Assembly: GCA_934636855.1 (NCBI GenBank)
Contig: CAKUBH010000005.1
Coordinates: 46,370-110,369, forward strand
Length of the DNA: 64,000 nucleotides
Source of the DNA: Candidatus Avelusimicrobium facis
GTDB taxonomy: Bacteria > Elusimicrobiota > Elusimicrobia > Elusimicrobiales > Elusimicrobiaceae
Reading direction: 5' to 3'
Shown here: piece after piece, positions 29,181-39,264 of the stretch
Layout: every line of letters starts with the position of its first letter
Numbering within the stretch: the stretch's first letter is position 1
Program-made: the position numbers and the translations under genes
The notes under the pieces: generated by a model
What the model saw: only the letters and a program-made list of their open reading frames with translations
Database searches by the model: none
What the model was told of the DNA's origin: nothing

Positions 29181-30469
29181 TATTTCTTGGCCTCAATTTT
29201 GTCCTTGCCAAAGTACGGGCGCAAGGCGGGCGGGATAATGACGGAGCCGTCGGCCTGTTGGAAGTTCTCCAAAATGGCGGCAAAGGTGCGGCCCACCGCC
29301 AATCCGCTGCCGTTTAAGGTGTGTACATATTCCAATTTGCCTTGGGCGTTTTTATAACGCAGCCCCATGCGGCGGGCTTGGAAGTCCAGGCAGTTGGAGC
29401 AAGAGGAAATCTCGCGGAAGCGGTTTTCGCTGGGCATCCACACTTCAATATCATACGTCTTGGCCGACGAAAAACCGATATCGCCCGAGCACAATTCCAC
29501 CACATGGTAAGGCAGCCCCAATTCCTTGAGCACTTCCTGCGCGTCGGAGACCATAATCTCCAGCATTTGATAGGAATTCTCCGGCTTGGAAATCATCACC
29601 AGCTCCACCTTGTTGAATTGGTGGTTGCGGATTAAGCCCCGGGTGTCTTTGCCGTAGGTGCCCGACTCTTTGCGGAAGCACGGCGTCCACGCCGTCAGTT
29701 TAATAGGCAGCTCCGCCTCGGCAATCGTGCGGCCGCGGTTTAAGTTGGTCAGCGGAATTTCGGCGGTGGAAATCAAAAATTGTTTCGGCTCGCCCGTCAG
29801 CTCGTACATATCTTCGCGGAATTTGGGCAGTTGGCCGGTGCCAAACAAAATTTCTTCATTAACAATGACCGGGGGCAAAATTTCCGTATAGCCCTTGCGC
29901 GCGTGCATGTCCAGCATAAAAGAAATGATGGCGCGCTCCAAACGGGCGCCGTCGCCTTTGTACAAGGCAAAGCGGCTGCCGGAAAGCGTGGCCGCGGCGG
30001 CAAAATCCAAAATGCCCAATTTCTCGCCGACGGCCTGGTGGTCCAACGGTTTAAAATCAAATTTAGGCAAAGGCAAGGTGCAAGGCAAATATTCCGGGTT
30101 GTCCGCGTCGGACTTGCCCACGGGGATGTGTTCGTTGGGCAGGTTGGGAATGCTCAAGAGCAAATCATCAATGTGTTTTTTAAGCGGGTCCAAGTCCGCC
30201 TCTTTTTGGGCCATTTCTTCCTTCAGTTGGCCCACCTGCGCCATGGCCTCTTTGGCGGCTTCGTCGCCTTTTTCTTTCTTAATGACGCCGATTTGTTTAG
30301 ACAAACTATTGCGTTTGGCGCGCAGTTCTTCCACGCAGGCCAATACCTTTTTGTAGGAGTCATACACGCCCAATACTTCGTCAATTTGCGCAGCCAGCTC
30401 CGGCTTGCGCAAAGACAAGCGGCGTTTGACCTCGTCGGGATTTGCAATAATTTGTTTGATGTCTAACAT
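29180..30469 (-). CDS. serS: serine--tRNA ligase
   Basis: N-terminal coiled-coil arm plus class II core; 429 aa. Confidence 0.95.
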   Translation of the reverse strand: MLDIKQIIANPDEVKRRLSLRKPELAAQIDEVLGVYDSYKKVLACVEELRAKRNSLSKQIGVIKKEKGDEAAKEAMAQVGQLKEEMAQKEADLDPLKKHIDDLLLSIPNLPNEHIPVGKSDADNPEYLPCTLPLPKFDFKPLDHQAVGEKLGILDFAAAATLSGSRFALYKGDGARLERAIISFMLDMHARKGYTEILPPVIVNEEILFGTGQLPKFREDMYELTGEPKQFLISTAEIPLTNLNRGRTIAEAELPIKLTAWTPCFRKESGTYGKDTRGLIRNHQFNKVELVMISKPENSYQMLEIMVSDAQEVLKELGLPYHVVELCSGDIGFSSAKTYDIEVWMPSENRFREISSCSNCLDFQARRMGLRYKNAQGKLEYVHTLNGSGLAVGRTFAAILENFQQADGSVIIPPALRPYFGKDKIEAKK

Positions 30470-30473
30470 ATAT

Positions 30474-30728
30474 TTACCTCGTTTCTTCTTCGTCTAAATT
30501 TACCATATACGGCTGTGGGAAAAAGTGCCGGTACGGCTTAATTGTTTTGGCAGTGTATTCCAACGCATACGTGCCCAACAAACGGGCGCTCACCGGGGCC
30601 ACCGCGCTTTGGCTGGCCACCAGCACCCCTACCAACAAAAACAATCCGACCGTCAGCACCTTCACCACGGCAAAAAATCCGCCCAGCGCCAAGCGTGATA
30701 AACTGCCCGGTTGTGTTACCGGCTTCAT
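30474..30728 (-). CDS. small hypothetical membrane protein
   Basis: 84-aa form starting MKPVTQPGS with TM segment LALGGFFAVVKVLTVGLFLLVGVLVA; ATGA overlap with the upstream lipoprotein gene. Confidence 0.35.
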   Translation of the reverse strand: MKPVTQPGSLSRLALGGFFAVVKVLTVGLFLLVGVLVASQSAVAPVSARLLGTYALEYTAKTIKPYRHFFPQPYMVNLDEEETR

Positions 30729-31402
30729 TGTTTCCCCCGGCGTTTGGTCAATTCTTTGGTAAAGCTTTTGACCAAGCTGCGGGCAATGGAATCTGCCGCG
30801 TCCAGCGCGCTGGAGCTCTCTTGCGACAGTGAACCAATCCAAATAATTTCCGCCGTTTCCACATCCACCAATTTGGCAATAATCCCCACCTGTGCATCAA
30901 TGGTATACTGGCTGGGGCGCACGTCGGTGCTGTGCGTATACTGCGTGCCCACATTTTGGGTATAGGCGGCGTAACTGCCGTCGGGCAATTGCCGGATGCC
31001 TTGCGCATACACCGGGTGGGACTCCGTGCGGCGGGTGGACACCAAGGCCAACTCCGTGCGCGTCGGCGTATAAGAAGTAACCTCTCCAATCAGCAATACA
31101 TCCACCCCTAAAATTTCACCGATTTTTTTGGTGGTCGCCGGGGACAAATACCCCGACACGGAAATATTGTGCTCGCCCAATACTTGCTCCAGCTGGGCGC
31201 GCTCCACCACCTTAAAGCCCGACTCTATTAAGTATTTGGCGAATAAATTCTCCACGCCGGACAGCCCGCTGTACGGGCTGGAAAAGCCCATGACCCCAAT
31301 GCGGTTCATTTGGCTGAAATCATAGCTTTGGCTAATCACGGTTTTGGGGGTACACCCCGCCAGCCAGAAAAGCCCCAGCAGGAAAATAAAAAATTTTTTC
31401 AT
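30725..31402 (-). CDS. lipoprotein (CsgG/LpoB-like fold suspected)
   Basis: MKKFFIFLLGLFWLAGC lipobox; the ORF upstream of this Met lacks coding character. Confidence 0.5.
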   Translation of the reverse strand: MKKFFIFLLGLFWLAGCTPKTVISQSYDFSQMNRIGVMGFSSPYSGLSGVENLFAKYLIESGFKVVERAQLEQVLGEHNISVSGYLSPATTKKIGEILGVDVLLIGEVTSYTPTRTELALVSTRRTESHPVYAQGIRQLPDGSYAAYTQNVGTQYTHSTDVRPSQYTIDAQVGIIAKLVDVETAEIIWIGSLSQESSSALDAADSIARSLVKSFTKELTKRRGKQ

Positions 31403-31469
31403 AGTTTTATTATATAATTTTTCCCGCCGGTTATTCGGGGCCTTTGCCCTGAAATGATATAATAAAACC

Positions 31470-32066
31470 ATGACCAATACCTTTTTAGAAAAAGCCAAAA
31501 ACCTCAAACTCTTGCTGACCGACGTAGACGGCGTGCTGACCGACAGCAAACTCATCTGGTACACCGACGGCAACGGCAAACACATTGAAGTAAAAAACTT
31601 TGAATCCTTAGACGGTATGGGACTGATTTTCTTGCGCGCGTGCGGCATTCGCACCGGGATTATTTCCCGAGGCAGCGCCCCCGTACTGCAAAATTGGGGC
31701 CGCATGCTGGGCATGGATTTGTTGTACTACGACGTGCGCAATAAAACCGCCGCGCTGTTGGACGCGTGCGCGCGGCTTGCTATTTCCCCCGAGGAAACGG
31801 CCTTCATCGGCGACGATATTATAGACCTGGGCGTGCTGCAAGCAACCGGGCTGCCGCTGACGGTGGCCAACGGCGTAGCAGAAGTGCAGCGCGTGGCGCA
31901 ATATGCCTCCCCCAAGCGGGGCGGGGAAGGCGCCGTGCGCGATATTTGCGAGCAAATTTTAAAGGCGCGCGGCCAATGGGACGGCGTCGTGCGCGATGTG
32001 GCCAACGGCGTTTTTAAAGACCCGGAAAACAATTTGGTCATTGTCAAAACCACCCCAAAAAATTAA
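31470..32066 (+). CDS. kdsC: 3-deoxy-D-manno-octulosonate 8-phosphate phosphatase (HAD family)
   Basis: LLLTDVDGVLTD HAD motif I plus KdsC-like length and motifs (GDDIIDL). Confidence 0.8.
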   Translation: MTNTFLEKAKNLKLLLTDVDGVLTDSKLIWYTDGNGKHIEVKNFESLDGMGLIFLRACGIRTGIISRGSAPVLQNWGRMLGMDLLYYDVRNKTAALLDACARLAISPEETAFIGDDIIDLGVLQATGLPLTVANGVAEVQRVAQYASPKRGGEGAVRDICEQILKARGQWDGVVRDVANGVFKDPENNLVIVKTTPKN

Positions 32067-32107
32067 AATATAATTAGGTCTTTTAAAAAGACATCCAAAG
32101 GAGCTTT

Positions 32108-32767
32108 ATGAAAAAATTATTCATTCTGACCGCACTTTTGTGCGCCCCGGCCCTGTATGCCGCGCAGCAATATACCTGCTGTACGTATGAAGAAACCCCC
32201 AAATACGGGCTGAAAACAAACACCACCCGCGTGGAATTTTACGGCGGGGTGGCCTTGCCGGAAAAAGAATGGTCCGAAAACGGCCAAACCTTGCAAATCG
32301 GCGATACGGGCTTTTCTGCCGGTATCGCGTTTGTGCGCAATGTACTGCCGTGGTTGACCGTCGGCTTGGACGGCAACTATGCCGGTTTTTCCAAAGGCGA
32401 TGACCTGACCACCGCCGCAGGCACCGTCAACTATCGCTCCGGCGTGGCCACGGGCTTGGTCGCGGGCAGAGTGTACTTATTCCCCCATGCCATGACGCGC
32501 TTGTACGGCACGGCGGGCCTGGGTGCGGGCTATATGTACGCCAAAGAAAAAGACGCCGCCTCCGGCGATACGAACAAAACCTACGACAGCACGGATATGG
32601 CTTGGATGTTGGGCGCCGGGTTGGAATTTGACCTGGACGAAACGGTCGTTTTCGGTGCGGAAGGCCGCTACAACTGGGTGGGCCTGCGCAGCGAAATGAA
32701 GGACCGCTTTGGCCATGACAATTACCAATATTGGACGGTCATGCTCAAGCTGGGCGTAAAGTTTTAG
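32108..32767 (+). CDS. outer-membrane beta-barrel protein
   Basis: Signal peptide MKKLFILTALLCAPALYAA; amphipathic strands; C-terminal LKLGVKF. Confidence 0.6.
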   Translation: MKKLFILTALLCAPALYAAQQYTCCTYEETPKYGLKTNTTRVEFYGGVALPEKEWSENGQTLQIGDTGFSAGIAFVRNVLPWLTVGLDGNYAGFSKGDDLTTAAGTVNYRSGVATGLVAGRVYLFPHAMTRLYGTAGLGAGYMYAKEKDAASGDTNKTYDSTDMAWMLGAGLEFDLDETVVFGAEGRYNWVGLRSEMKDRFGHDNYQYWTVMLKLGVKF

Positions 32768-32783
32768 ACGTCTGTTTTTTTCA

Positions 32784-32820
32784 AAACCCGCCGCGCCCCA
32801 AGCCCGGCGGGTTTTTTAAT
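32784..32820 (+). terminator. rho-independent terminator
   Basis: AAAACCCGCCG...CGGCGGGTTTTTT. Confidence 0.6.
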
Positions 32821-32926
32821 CTCTTTTTTGCGCTGCAAAAATTTCCCCCATTTTCTATACTGTTTATATGAGACGTAAAGCGCAACCCCCCTTTACGTTT
32901 TGCTATAATTTAGATAAGATACCCCT

Positions 32927-33556
32927 ATGGAAGATCTCATCGTTAAAGTAGTGCTTGCCTTGGTGTTGGGCGGCGTGATGGGTTTGGAACGGCAATACAA
33001 CGACAAACCCGCAGGCTATGCCACCAACTCCATCATCTGCGTGGGTGCCACGCTGTTTACCATCCTTTCGCTCTATATGGCAGAGCAGGGCGGAGATCCC
33101 GGCCGTATCGCCGCGCAAATTGTGTCCGGCGTGGGCTTTTTGGGTGCCGGGGCCATTCTGCGCGAAGGCAATAAAATTTCCGGCTTGACGACGGCAGCGG
33201 CCGTGTGGCTGGTGGCGGCCATCGGCATGGCCATCGGCTTTGGCCAATACCTGTTGGCCTCCGGCGCGTGCACGGCGGTGCTGCTCATGCAGCTGGGTGT
33301 GCGCCGCACCTTGGGCCTGGTGGAAAGGCTGCGCCGCTACGATACCATTTATTTAACCTGCGCACCCGAGTGGGGCGTAGTGGAACTGATTTGCCAAAAA
33401 ATTGAAAAACAAAATGTACAGGTCTTAAAAAAAGATGTATCTAAGCACGAAAGCAAATTCTGCGTGTCTATCGTGGCGACGTTCACGGGGCACGAATTTC
33501 AAAAAATTACCCGGGAACTGCTGGAAATGCCCGAAGTATACAGCCTGTACAAATAA
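32927..33556 (+). CDS. MgtC/SapB family membrane protein
   Basis: LGGVMGLERQ...IVSGVGFLGAGAIL...LTTAAAVWLVAAIGMAIG MgtC signature plus C-terminal ACT-like domain. Confidence 0.75.
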   Translation: MEDLIVKVVLALVLGGVMGLERQYNDKPAGYATNSIICVGATLFTILSLYMAEQGGDPGRIAAQIVSGVGFLGAGAILREGNKISGLTTAAAVWLVAAIGMAIGFGQYLLASGACTAVLLMQLGVRRTLGLVERLRRYDTIYLTCAPEWGVVELICQKIEKQNVQVLKKDVSKHESKFCVSIVATFTGHEFQKITRELLEMPEVYSLYK

Positions 33557-33577
33557 AAGGAGCGTATAAGTACGTCT

Positions 33578-34702
33578 ATGGAACAAACCCCCATCCCGCT
33601 GTTTAACTTGCAAAAACAACACGAATCTTTAAAACCCCAGCTCAATGCCGCCGCCTTGGATGCTTTAAATTCCATGCACTGGCTGCTGGGGCCCCAAACC
33701 GAAGCCTTTGAAAACGAATTTGCCGAAATGATCGGCGTGAAACATTGCATTACCTGCTCGTCGGGCGCCAGCGCCATTCAAATCGCTTTGGCGGCCGCCG
33801 GCATCGGCCCGGGCGACGAAGTCATCACCACCCCGTTTACGTTTATTGCCACCACGTCCTCTATTTCTCTGACGGGGGCTAAATTTGTTTTTGCCGATAT
33901 TGACCCGCGCACCTACAACATTGACCCCAAAGACATTGAGCGCAAAATTACCAAGAAAACCAAGGCTCTGTTGCCCGTGCACCTCTACGGCTACCCCGCC
34001 GATATGGACGCCATTATGAACCTGGCGCGCGAGCATGACTTGAAAGTCATTGAAGACTGCGCCCAAGCGCATTTGGCCACCGCCGACGGCGTGAAAGTAG
34101 GCGGCATTGGCGATGCCGGCGCGTTTAGCTTTTATCCCAGCAAAAACTTAGGGGCCTGCGGCGATGCGGGGGCCATCACTACCAACGACGACGAAATCGC
34201 CGACCGCTGCCGCAGCTTGCGCCACAGCGGCCGCGCCAAGGACAAAGCCTATGAATATGATTTGGAAGGGTCTACCTTGCGCATGGACGAAATCCAAGCG
34301 GCCATTTTGCGCGTGAAAATGCGCCACTTACCCGAGTGGACGGAAGCGCGCCAAAAGGTGGCAGCTTTGTACGAAGAAGGCTTGCAGGGCTTGCCCGTCG
34401 TTACGCCGCCGGTGCCACCGGCGGGCTATTCCCAATCTTATTATGTGTATACGCTGCGCGTAGAAAACCGCGACGAGCTGCAAAAATACCTCAAAGAGCA
34501 CGGCATTGGCTGCGCGGTGTACTACCCGGTGCCGCTGTACAAACAGCCGGCGTATAAACACTTGGGGTTGAAAGCGGAAGACTTCCCCAACGCCGAAAAG
34601 GCCGCCAAAGAAGTCCTTTCCATCCCCATGTTCCCGGAGCTGACGCAAGAACAGGTGTCCCGCGTATGCGACACCATCCGTGCGTTTTACGAAGGAAAAT
34701 AA
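33578..34702 (+). CDS. DegT/DnrJ/EryC1/StrS family PLP-dependent aminotransferase (nucleotide-sugar aminotransferase)
   Basis: Fold-type I motifs; PLP-lysine region [15 protein letters not shown]; 374 aa. Confidence 0.85.
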   Translation: MEQTPIPLFNLQKQHESLKPQLNAAALDALNSMHWLLGPQTEAFENEFAEMIGVKHCITCSSGASAIQIALAAAGIGPGDEVITTPFTFIATTSSISLTGAKFVFADIDPRTYNIDPKDIERKITKKTKALLPVHLYGYPADMDAIMNLAREHDLKVIEDCAQAHLATADGVKVGGIGDAGAFSFYPSKNLGACGDAGAITTNDDEIADRCRSLRHSGRAKDKAYEYDLEGSTLRMDEIQAAILRVKMRHLPEWTEARQKVAALYEEGLQGLPVVTPPVPPAGYSQSYYVYTLRVENRDELQKYLKEHGIGCAVYYPVPLYKQPAYKHLGLKAEDFPNAEKAAKEVLSIPMFPELTQEQVSRVCDTIRAFYEGK

Positions 34703-34717
34703 AAAGTTCTTGGTTAT

Positions 34718-34752
34718 ATTCCCCCGCTGATTTTCAGCGGGGGAATTTTTTT
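34718..34752 (+). terminator. rho-independent terminator
   Basis: ATTCCCCCGCTG-attttc-AGCGGGGGAAT followed by TTTTTTT. Confidence 0.6.
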
Positions 34753-35043
34753 GCACAAAGAAAATACCAGCTATGCGGGGAAGACTCCAGGGAGGCCGGG
34801 AGTTTCCTTTTTGTGTTAATACAAATTTTTCTTAATAATAAACAAAAAAGAGGGTTTTGAGGCTTTTTTTGTGGAGAACTCCCGTCGGAGAATAGAAATT
34901 TCTTTCAAAATCGCTTCTTTTTGTAATTTTTATTTTTTTCACAACACAATACCGGCAAAAAGCGCAAAAACGCCTCTGGCAAACAATTAGGGGCCTTTAA
35001 ATCCATTTTAGCTGTTTTTGCGCAAAAAGTATTTCCACAAAAT

Positions 35044-35059
35044 GTTTTCACATGAAAAC
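35044..35059. other. parS-like centromere site (variant GTTTTCACATGAAAAC)
   Basis: 16-bp palindrome; 12/16 match to canonical parS TGTTTCACGTGAAACA; 80 bp beyond the 3' end of parB. Confidence 0.55.
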
Positions 35060-35138
35060 TTTTTACAGACCGAACGCTTTGGACGCAAAAAAAAAAGGCC
35101 CGGCCTGGCGGACCGGGTCTTTTTGGTAAAACAAGAGT

Positions 35139-36032
35139 CTATAACAACTTGGTTTTTAAGCGGCCGGCCAAATTATCCAATTCTTCCAACGAGTTATACT
35201 GAATAATCAGCAATCCTTTGGACATTTTTTTGCCGTAGCGCACTTCCACTTTGGTGCCCAGCGCCGCTTGCAAGTCATTTTCAAAGCTGGCCACCTCCGG
35301 CGGCTTGGGCGCCTTGGGCGCAGCTGCCGGCTGCAACAAAGCGCGGGCCGCATCCTCGGCTTGGCGGACGGACATTTTGCTCTTCTTCATGCGTTGGAAA
35401 AGAACTTCTTTCTTGGCCAAATCGGGCAACATCAGCAAGGCCCGGCCGTGCCCTTCCGTAATAGTGCCGTCCTGCAAGGCCGCTTGCATATGTTCCGGCA
35501 GGTCCAGCAACCGCAGCGAATTAGACACCGCCCCTTTGGACTTGCCGCAATAGCCTGCCAAATCCGTTTGGGAAATACCAAATTTATTCATTAAATTGCG
35601 GTATCCCAAGGCAGTTTCTATGGGGTTTAAATCCTCGCGCTGGATATTTTCAATCAAAGCCAAGGCGCACATTTGTTTATCGGTCAAGGCTTTGTGAACC
35701 AGCGCGTCAATCTCCGTCAAGCCGGCCAGCTGGCTGGCGCGGAAGCGGCGTTCCCCGACCACAATTTCATATTTATCCAGCCCCGCGTCATACACCACCA
35801 CAATGGGCTGCGTCAGGCCGTGCTCGGCGATAGATTGGGCCAATTCCTGCAATTTAGCCTCGTCAAACACACGGCGCGGCTGAAAGCGGTTGGGGATGAT
35901 TTTATCCAGGGCAATTTTCTGCACGGAAGAATGGGGGGTGCCCTCCGGCCGGGCAGCCGGGGGATTATTTAAAACATCTTGGGTTTGTTTGAGCAAGGCA
36001 TCCAAGCCTTTGCCTAATGCTTGTCTGGGCAT
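35139..36032 (-). CDS. parB: chromosome partitioning protein ParB/Spo0J
   Basis: ParB box and HTH; GERRFRA motif; 297 aa. Confidence 0.9.
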   Translation of the reverse strand: MPRQALGKGLDALLKQTQDVLNNPPAARPEGTPHSSVQKIALDKIIPNRFQPRRVFDEAKLQELAQSIAEHGLTQPIVVVYDAGLDKYEIVVGERRFRASQLAGLTEIDALVHKALTDKQMCALALIENIQREDLNPIETALGYRNLMNKFGISQTDLAGYCGKSKGAVSNSLRLLDLPEHMQAALQDGTITEGHGRALLMLPDLAKKEVLFQRMKKSKMSVRQAEDAARALLQPAAAPKAPKPPEVASFENDLQAALGTKVEVRYGKKMSKGLLIIQYNSLEELDNLAGRLKTKLL

Positions 36033-36037
36033 AGGGT

Positions 36038-36871
36038 TCAGCCTCCGAAATCATAATTGTAAGCGCCGGAATTATTCATAGAAAATCCGGCATAGTCGGC
36101 CACGTTGGCCCCGCGGCGGGCCATAAATTCAATGGCCAGCTGGATATAGGCATTGGCGCCCCGGCAGGCCGGGTCGTAGTCAAAAATAGACTGCCCGAAG
36201 CTGGGGGCCTCGGCCAAGCGGATATTGCGCGGAATGGGGGTTTTGTAAACCTTGTCTCCAAAAAAGCGGCTGACTTCTTCAAACACTTGTTTGGACAAAT
36301 TCATACGCGCATCGTACATTGTCAGCAAGCCGCCGTCCAATTTCAAGTTATTGTTTAAGAACTGCTTGATTTTGGAAATGGTGGACATGAAGTGCGCCAG
36401 CCCTTCCATGGCATAGTATTCGCACTGCACCGGAGTAATCACGCTGTCGGCCGCCATCAGGGCATTTAAGGTCAGCAGTCCCAAAGACGGGGGACAATCT
36501 ATAATAATGTAGCGGTACATTTTGCGCAACGGGGCCAAAGCCTCGCGCAGCATATTTTCGCGACCGCGGATATTGACCAGCTCCACTTCCGCCCCGGCTA
36601 AGTTTTTGCAAGTGGGGATAACATCCAACATTTCATTGGATGTTTGGCGCACAACTTCTTCAAAGGATGCGTTTTTGGTTAACAAATGGTAAACGGATTT
36701 TTCCCCGTCTACCAGGCTAATGCCCAGCCCGGAACCGGCGTTGCCCTGCGGGTCAAAATCTACCAGCAAGACTTCTTGGTCCAGGTAGGCCAAGGCATAA
36801 GCCAGGTTGATAGCGGTCGTAGTTTTCCCCACGCCGCCTTTTTGGTTCGCTATGGCTACTATTTCACCCAT
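36038..36871 (-). CDS. parA: chromosome partitioning ATPase ParA/Soj
   Basis: Deviant Walker A KGGVGKTT; 277 aa. Confidence 0.9.
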   Translation of the reverse strand: MGEIVAIANQKGGVGKTTTAINLAYALAYLDQEVLLVDFDPQGNAGSGLGISLVDGEKSVYHLLTKNASFEEVVRQTSNEMLDVIPTCKNLAGAEVELVNIRGRENMLREALAPLRKMYRYIIIDCPPSLGLLTLNALMAADSVITPVQCEYYAMEGLAHFMSTISKIKQFLNNNLKLDGGLLTMYDARMNLSKQVFEEVSRFFGDKVYKTPIPRNIRLAEAPSFGQSIFDYDPACRGANAYIQLAIEFMARRGANVADYAGFSMNNSGAYNYDFGG

Positions 36872-36927
36872 AATTCCTCCATTAAAGATATTAAATCATA
36901 AATAAAAAAGAAAAGCAACTATTTTTT

Positions 36928-36943
36928 GTTTTCACGTGAAAAC
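36928..36943. other. parS-like site GTTTTCACGTGAAAAC
   Basis: Perfect 16-bp palindrome with the TTTCACGTGAAA core identical to parS; 57 bp upstream of the parA start. Confidence 0.6.
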
Positions 36944-36962
36944 ACGCTCTGTTGTAAAAAAT

Positions 36963-36978
36963 GTTTTCACGTGAAAAC
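36963..36978. other. parS-like site GTTTTCACGTGAAAAC
   Basis: Second identical copy 35 bp from the first. Confidence 0.6.
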
Positions 36979-37057
36979 AAGACAGGCCCTGTATCAACAA
37001 GGCCTGTGAATTGCTGTGGATAACTTATTAACAGGGTCCGTTTTCCCTATACAATTT

Positions 37058-38032
37058 TTATTTTATCAAGCGAATGCGGTTCAACGGCCAGTGGATAAAC
37101 CAAGCGGTTCCTTTGATATTTTCGCGCGGGACCGGGCCCCAAAAACGGGAATCACAGGAATTATCACGGTTGTCGCCCATGGCAAAATAGGACCCTTCCG
37201 GCACCACTACCGGGCCGAAATTATCCCGCAGCGTAAGCCCCAGCTCATGCTCCAACACTCTCTTTTCCCACAAAAATTGGTATACTTCCGGCTCCGGCAC
37301 TTCCTCGGCCTGATAGCGGGTAACCGGCTCAAAGATTTCATACCCTTGTAGCGGCTGTTCTTTATCATTAATATATAAGGTGGCGTTTTTGATTTCTACC
37401 TTATCCCCCGGCATAGCAATGACGCGCTTAACATAGTCGCGCCCGTACTGCAAACCGCCGCAGTTTACTTGCGTAGGGCTTTCGGCCGGAAAAGAAAATA
37501 CAATAATATCCCCCGGTTGAATGGGCTTAAACTGTCCAAAGCGGATTTGGGTCAGCGGAATACGAAAGCCATAGGCTGCCTTGTTGACAAATAAATGGTC
37601 CCCTTCCAATAAGGTGTTGCGCATAGAGGCGGAGGGAATTTTAAAGGCCTGGATAAAAAAGAACATGACAATAGAGGCCACAAATCCGGCAAAATACACC
37701 GTATTGGCCCAATCTAAATCTTTTTTAACTAAGGTTTCTTTTTTTTCATCGGTTTTCTTTTTAGCGGAAAAGAAGCCATAGATAGCCAACGCGGCAATAA
37801 TCAGCCAGGGAAAAGCGCTCTTCAAAAAAGAGTCCTGAGTCAATGCGGGCGCGCTGCTGGCCGCAATAAAATGGAACAAACTATACATGCACCCCAAAAT
37901 AACAAACACAAACAACGCATGCCAGGCGCCAAAACACACCGGGGTTTTCAGCCACTTTTTACAAAAGTTTCGCTTACTCAGCCAAGAAAAAGCATACATA
38001 ATGCAAGCCATAATAAAAAGTCTTTGTTCCAT
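37058..38032 (-). CDS. lepB: signal peptidase I with N-terminal multi-TM extension
   Basis: S26 catalytic boxes: IPSASMRNTL (Ser), YVKRVIAMPGDKV (Lys), GDNRDNSCDSRFWG. Confidence 0.8.
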   Translation of the reverse strand: MEQRLFIMACIMYAFSWLSKRNFCKKWLKTPVCFGAWHALFVFVILGCMYSLFHFIAASSAPALTQDSFLKSAFPWLIIAALAIYGFFSAKKKTDEKKETLVKKDLDWANTVYFAGFVASIVMFFFIQAFKIPSASMRNTLLEGDHLFVNKAAYGFRIPLTQIRFGQFKPIQPGDIIVFSFPAESPTQVNCGGLQYGRDYVKRVIAMPGDKVEIKNATLYINDKEQPLQGYEIFEPVTRYQAEEVPEPEVYQFLWEKRVLEHELGLTLRDNFGPVVVPEGSYFAMGDNRDNSCDSRFWGPVPRENIKGTAWFIHWPLNRIRLIK

Positions 38033-38043
38033 ATTTCTTCCTT

Positions 38044-38059
38044 GTTTTCACGTGAAAAC
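38044..38059. other. parS-like site GTTTTCACGTGAAAAC
   Basis: Third identical copy, between lepB and the upstream glycosyltransferase. Confidence 0.6.
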
Positions 38060-39162
38060 TATTTAATTTCTGTATAAATTTTAAGATAAATTTGTTCCGG
38101 GGCCGGATAAAACCGCTCCATTCTCGCCCGCGCTGCGCGGCCCATTTTTTGGCGCAGCGCCGTATTTTCCGCCAACTCCGTCATCAAGACGGCCAGCAGA
38201 ACGGGGTCTTTCCCGGGAAACACAAAGCCATTTTCCCCGTGGCAGACCACCCGGGGCATATCGCCAACTTTACTAACAATAGCCGGTAAACCGCAAGCGG
38301 CAGCTTCCAGCAAGGCCAGCGGCAAACTCTCTATATAAGAGGGCAAAACAAAAATATCCGCTGCACAAAGATATTTGTAAACATTGCTTACTTCTCCTGC
38401 AAAAACAACCGCCTTTTCCAGCCCCCCTGCTTGCACTTGGCGGTGTAAATTTTCTTGCTCAGGCCCATCCCCCACCAGCAAAAGTTTACTCTGCGGATGT
38501 TTGGCATAAAATAATTGAAATGCCTGTAGCAAAAGGGCGTGGTTTTTCTCTTTAGACAGCCGGGCAACACAAGCAAAAACAACCTCTTGCGCCGAAAACC
38601 CCAGCTCCGCCCGCGCTGCCGTGCGCAAAGCATTATCCGGGCGAAACCGCTGCAAATCTACGCCGTTGGCCACCCGGCGTACCTTCTCCCGGGCGTATTT
38701 TTGCTTTTGCAGCAAAAAGTCCGCCGTAGATTGGGACTCGGCACAGCTCATATCGTCCCCATCCTTCAAAGCGCGGTCCAACAGGCGTAAAACATAGCCT
38801 TTACGGGATAGGTCATAGTGCGGCGTGGTGAGGAGCGTAAACGGGGTACGCCGCTTGGCCAAGCGGCAAAATTGAATAGCCCGGTAGAGCCCGGCATGTA
38901 CAACATCCGGGGAAAAGGCTTGTATCTGCGCCACCAGCCGCGCCAAAGCGCCCGCCGTTTCCAAAGGGCGGTACTTGCCGCGCAAGTCCAAAGACTCCAC
39001 CGATAAGCCCGCCTCTTGCAGCTGCCGGCCCAACGGCCCCAAGGGCCGCAGAGAAAGCACGTTTACTTCGTGCCCTGCGTGAAACGCCGCTTGGGCCAAG
39101 GTAAAAAAAGCCCTTTCGGCCCCGCCGACTTCGGTGCTGGTGCAAACATACAAAATCTTCAT
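38059..39162 (-). CDS. glycosyltransferase family 4 (GT-B, GT1 superfamily)
   Basis: N-terminal MKILYVCTSTEVGGAERAFF; C-terminal EGFGLPxxEA-like motif (ESLPLALLEAAACGLPAI). Confidence 0.75.
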   Translation of the reverse strand: MKILYVCTSTEVGGAERAFFTLAQAAFHAGHEVNVLSLRPLGPLGRQLQEAGLSVESLDLRGKYRPLETAGALARLVAQIQAFSPDVVHAGLYRAIQFCRLAKRRTPFTLLTTPHYDLSRKGYVLRLLDRALKDGDDMSCAESQSTADFLLQKQKYAREKVRRVANGVDLQRFRPDNALRTAARAELGFSAQEVVFACVARLSKEKNHALLLQAFQLFYAKHPQSKLLLVGDGPEQENLHRQVQAGGLEKAVVFAGEVSNVYKYLCAADIFVLPSYIESLPLALLEAAACGLPAIVSKVGDMPRVVCHGENGFVFPGKDPVLLAVLMTELAENTALRQKMGRAARARMERFYPAPEQIYLKIYTEIK

Positions 39163-39264
39163 GTTCTCATTATAGCAAAGTTCAACCGATGAGACGAAAG
39201 AAGCTTCCAAAGAGAAAGGCGCCAAAGCAAGCTTTGGCGCCCAAATACAAACCGACGGCTCAAA

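Noticed and set aside
36880-37057. oriC located between lepB and parA (AT-rich, TGTGGATAA box at ~37010)
   Set aside because: It has only a single DnaA box and is dominated by the paired parS-like palindromes. The dnaA-flanking regions carry the box clusters and the strand-bias switch, so this spacer is better explained as a parS/promoter region.
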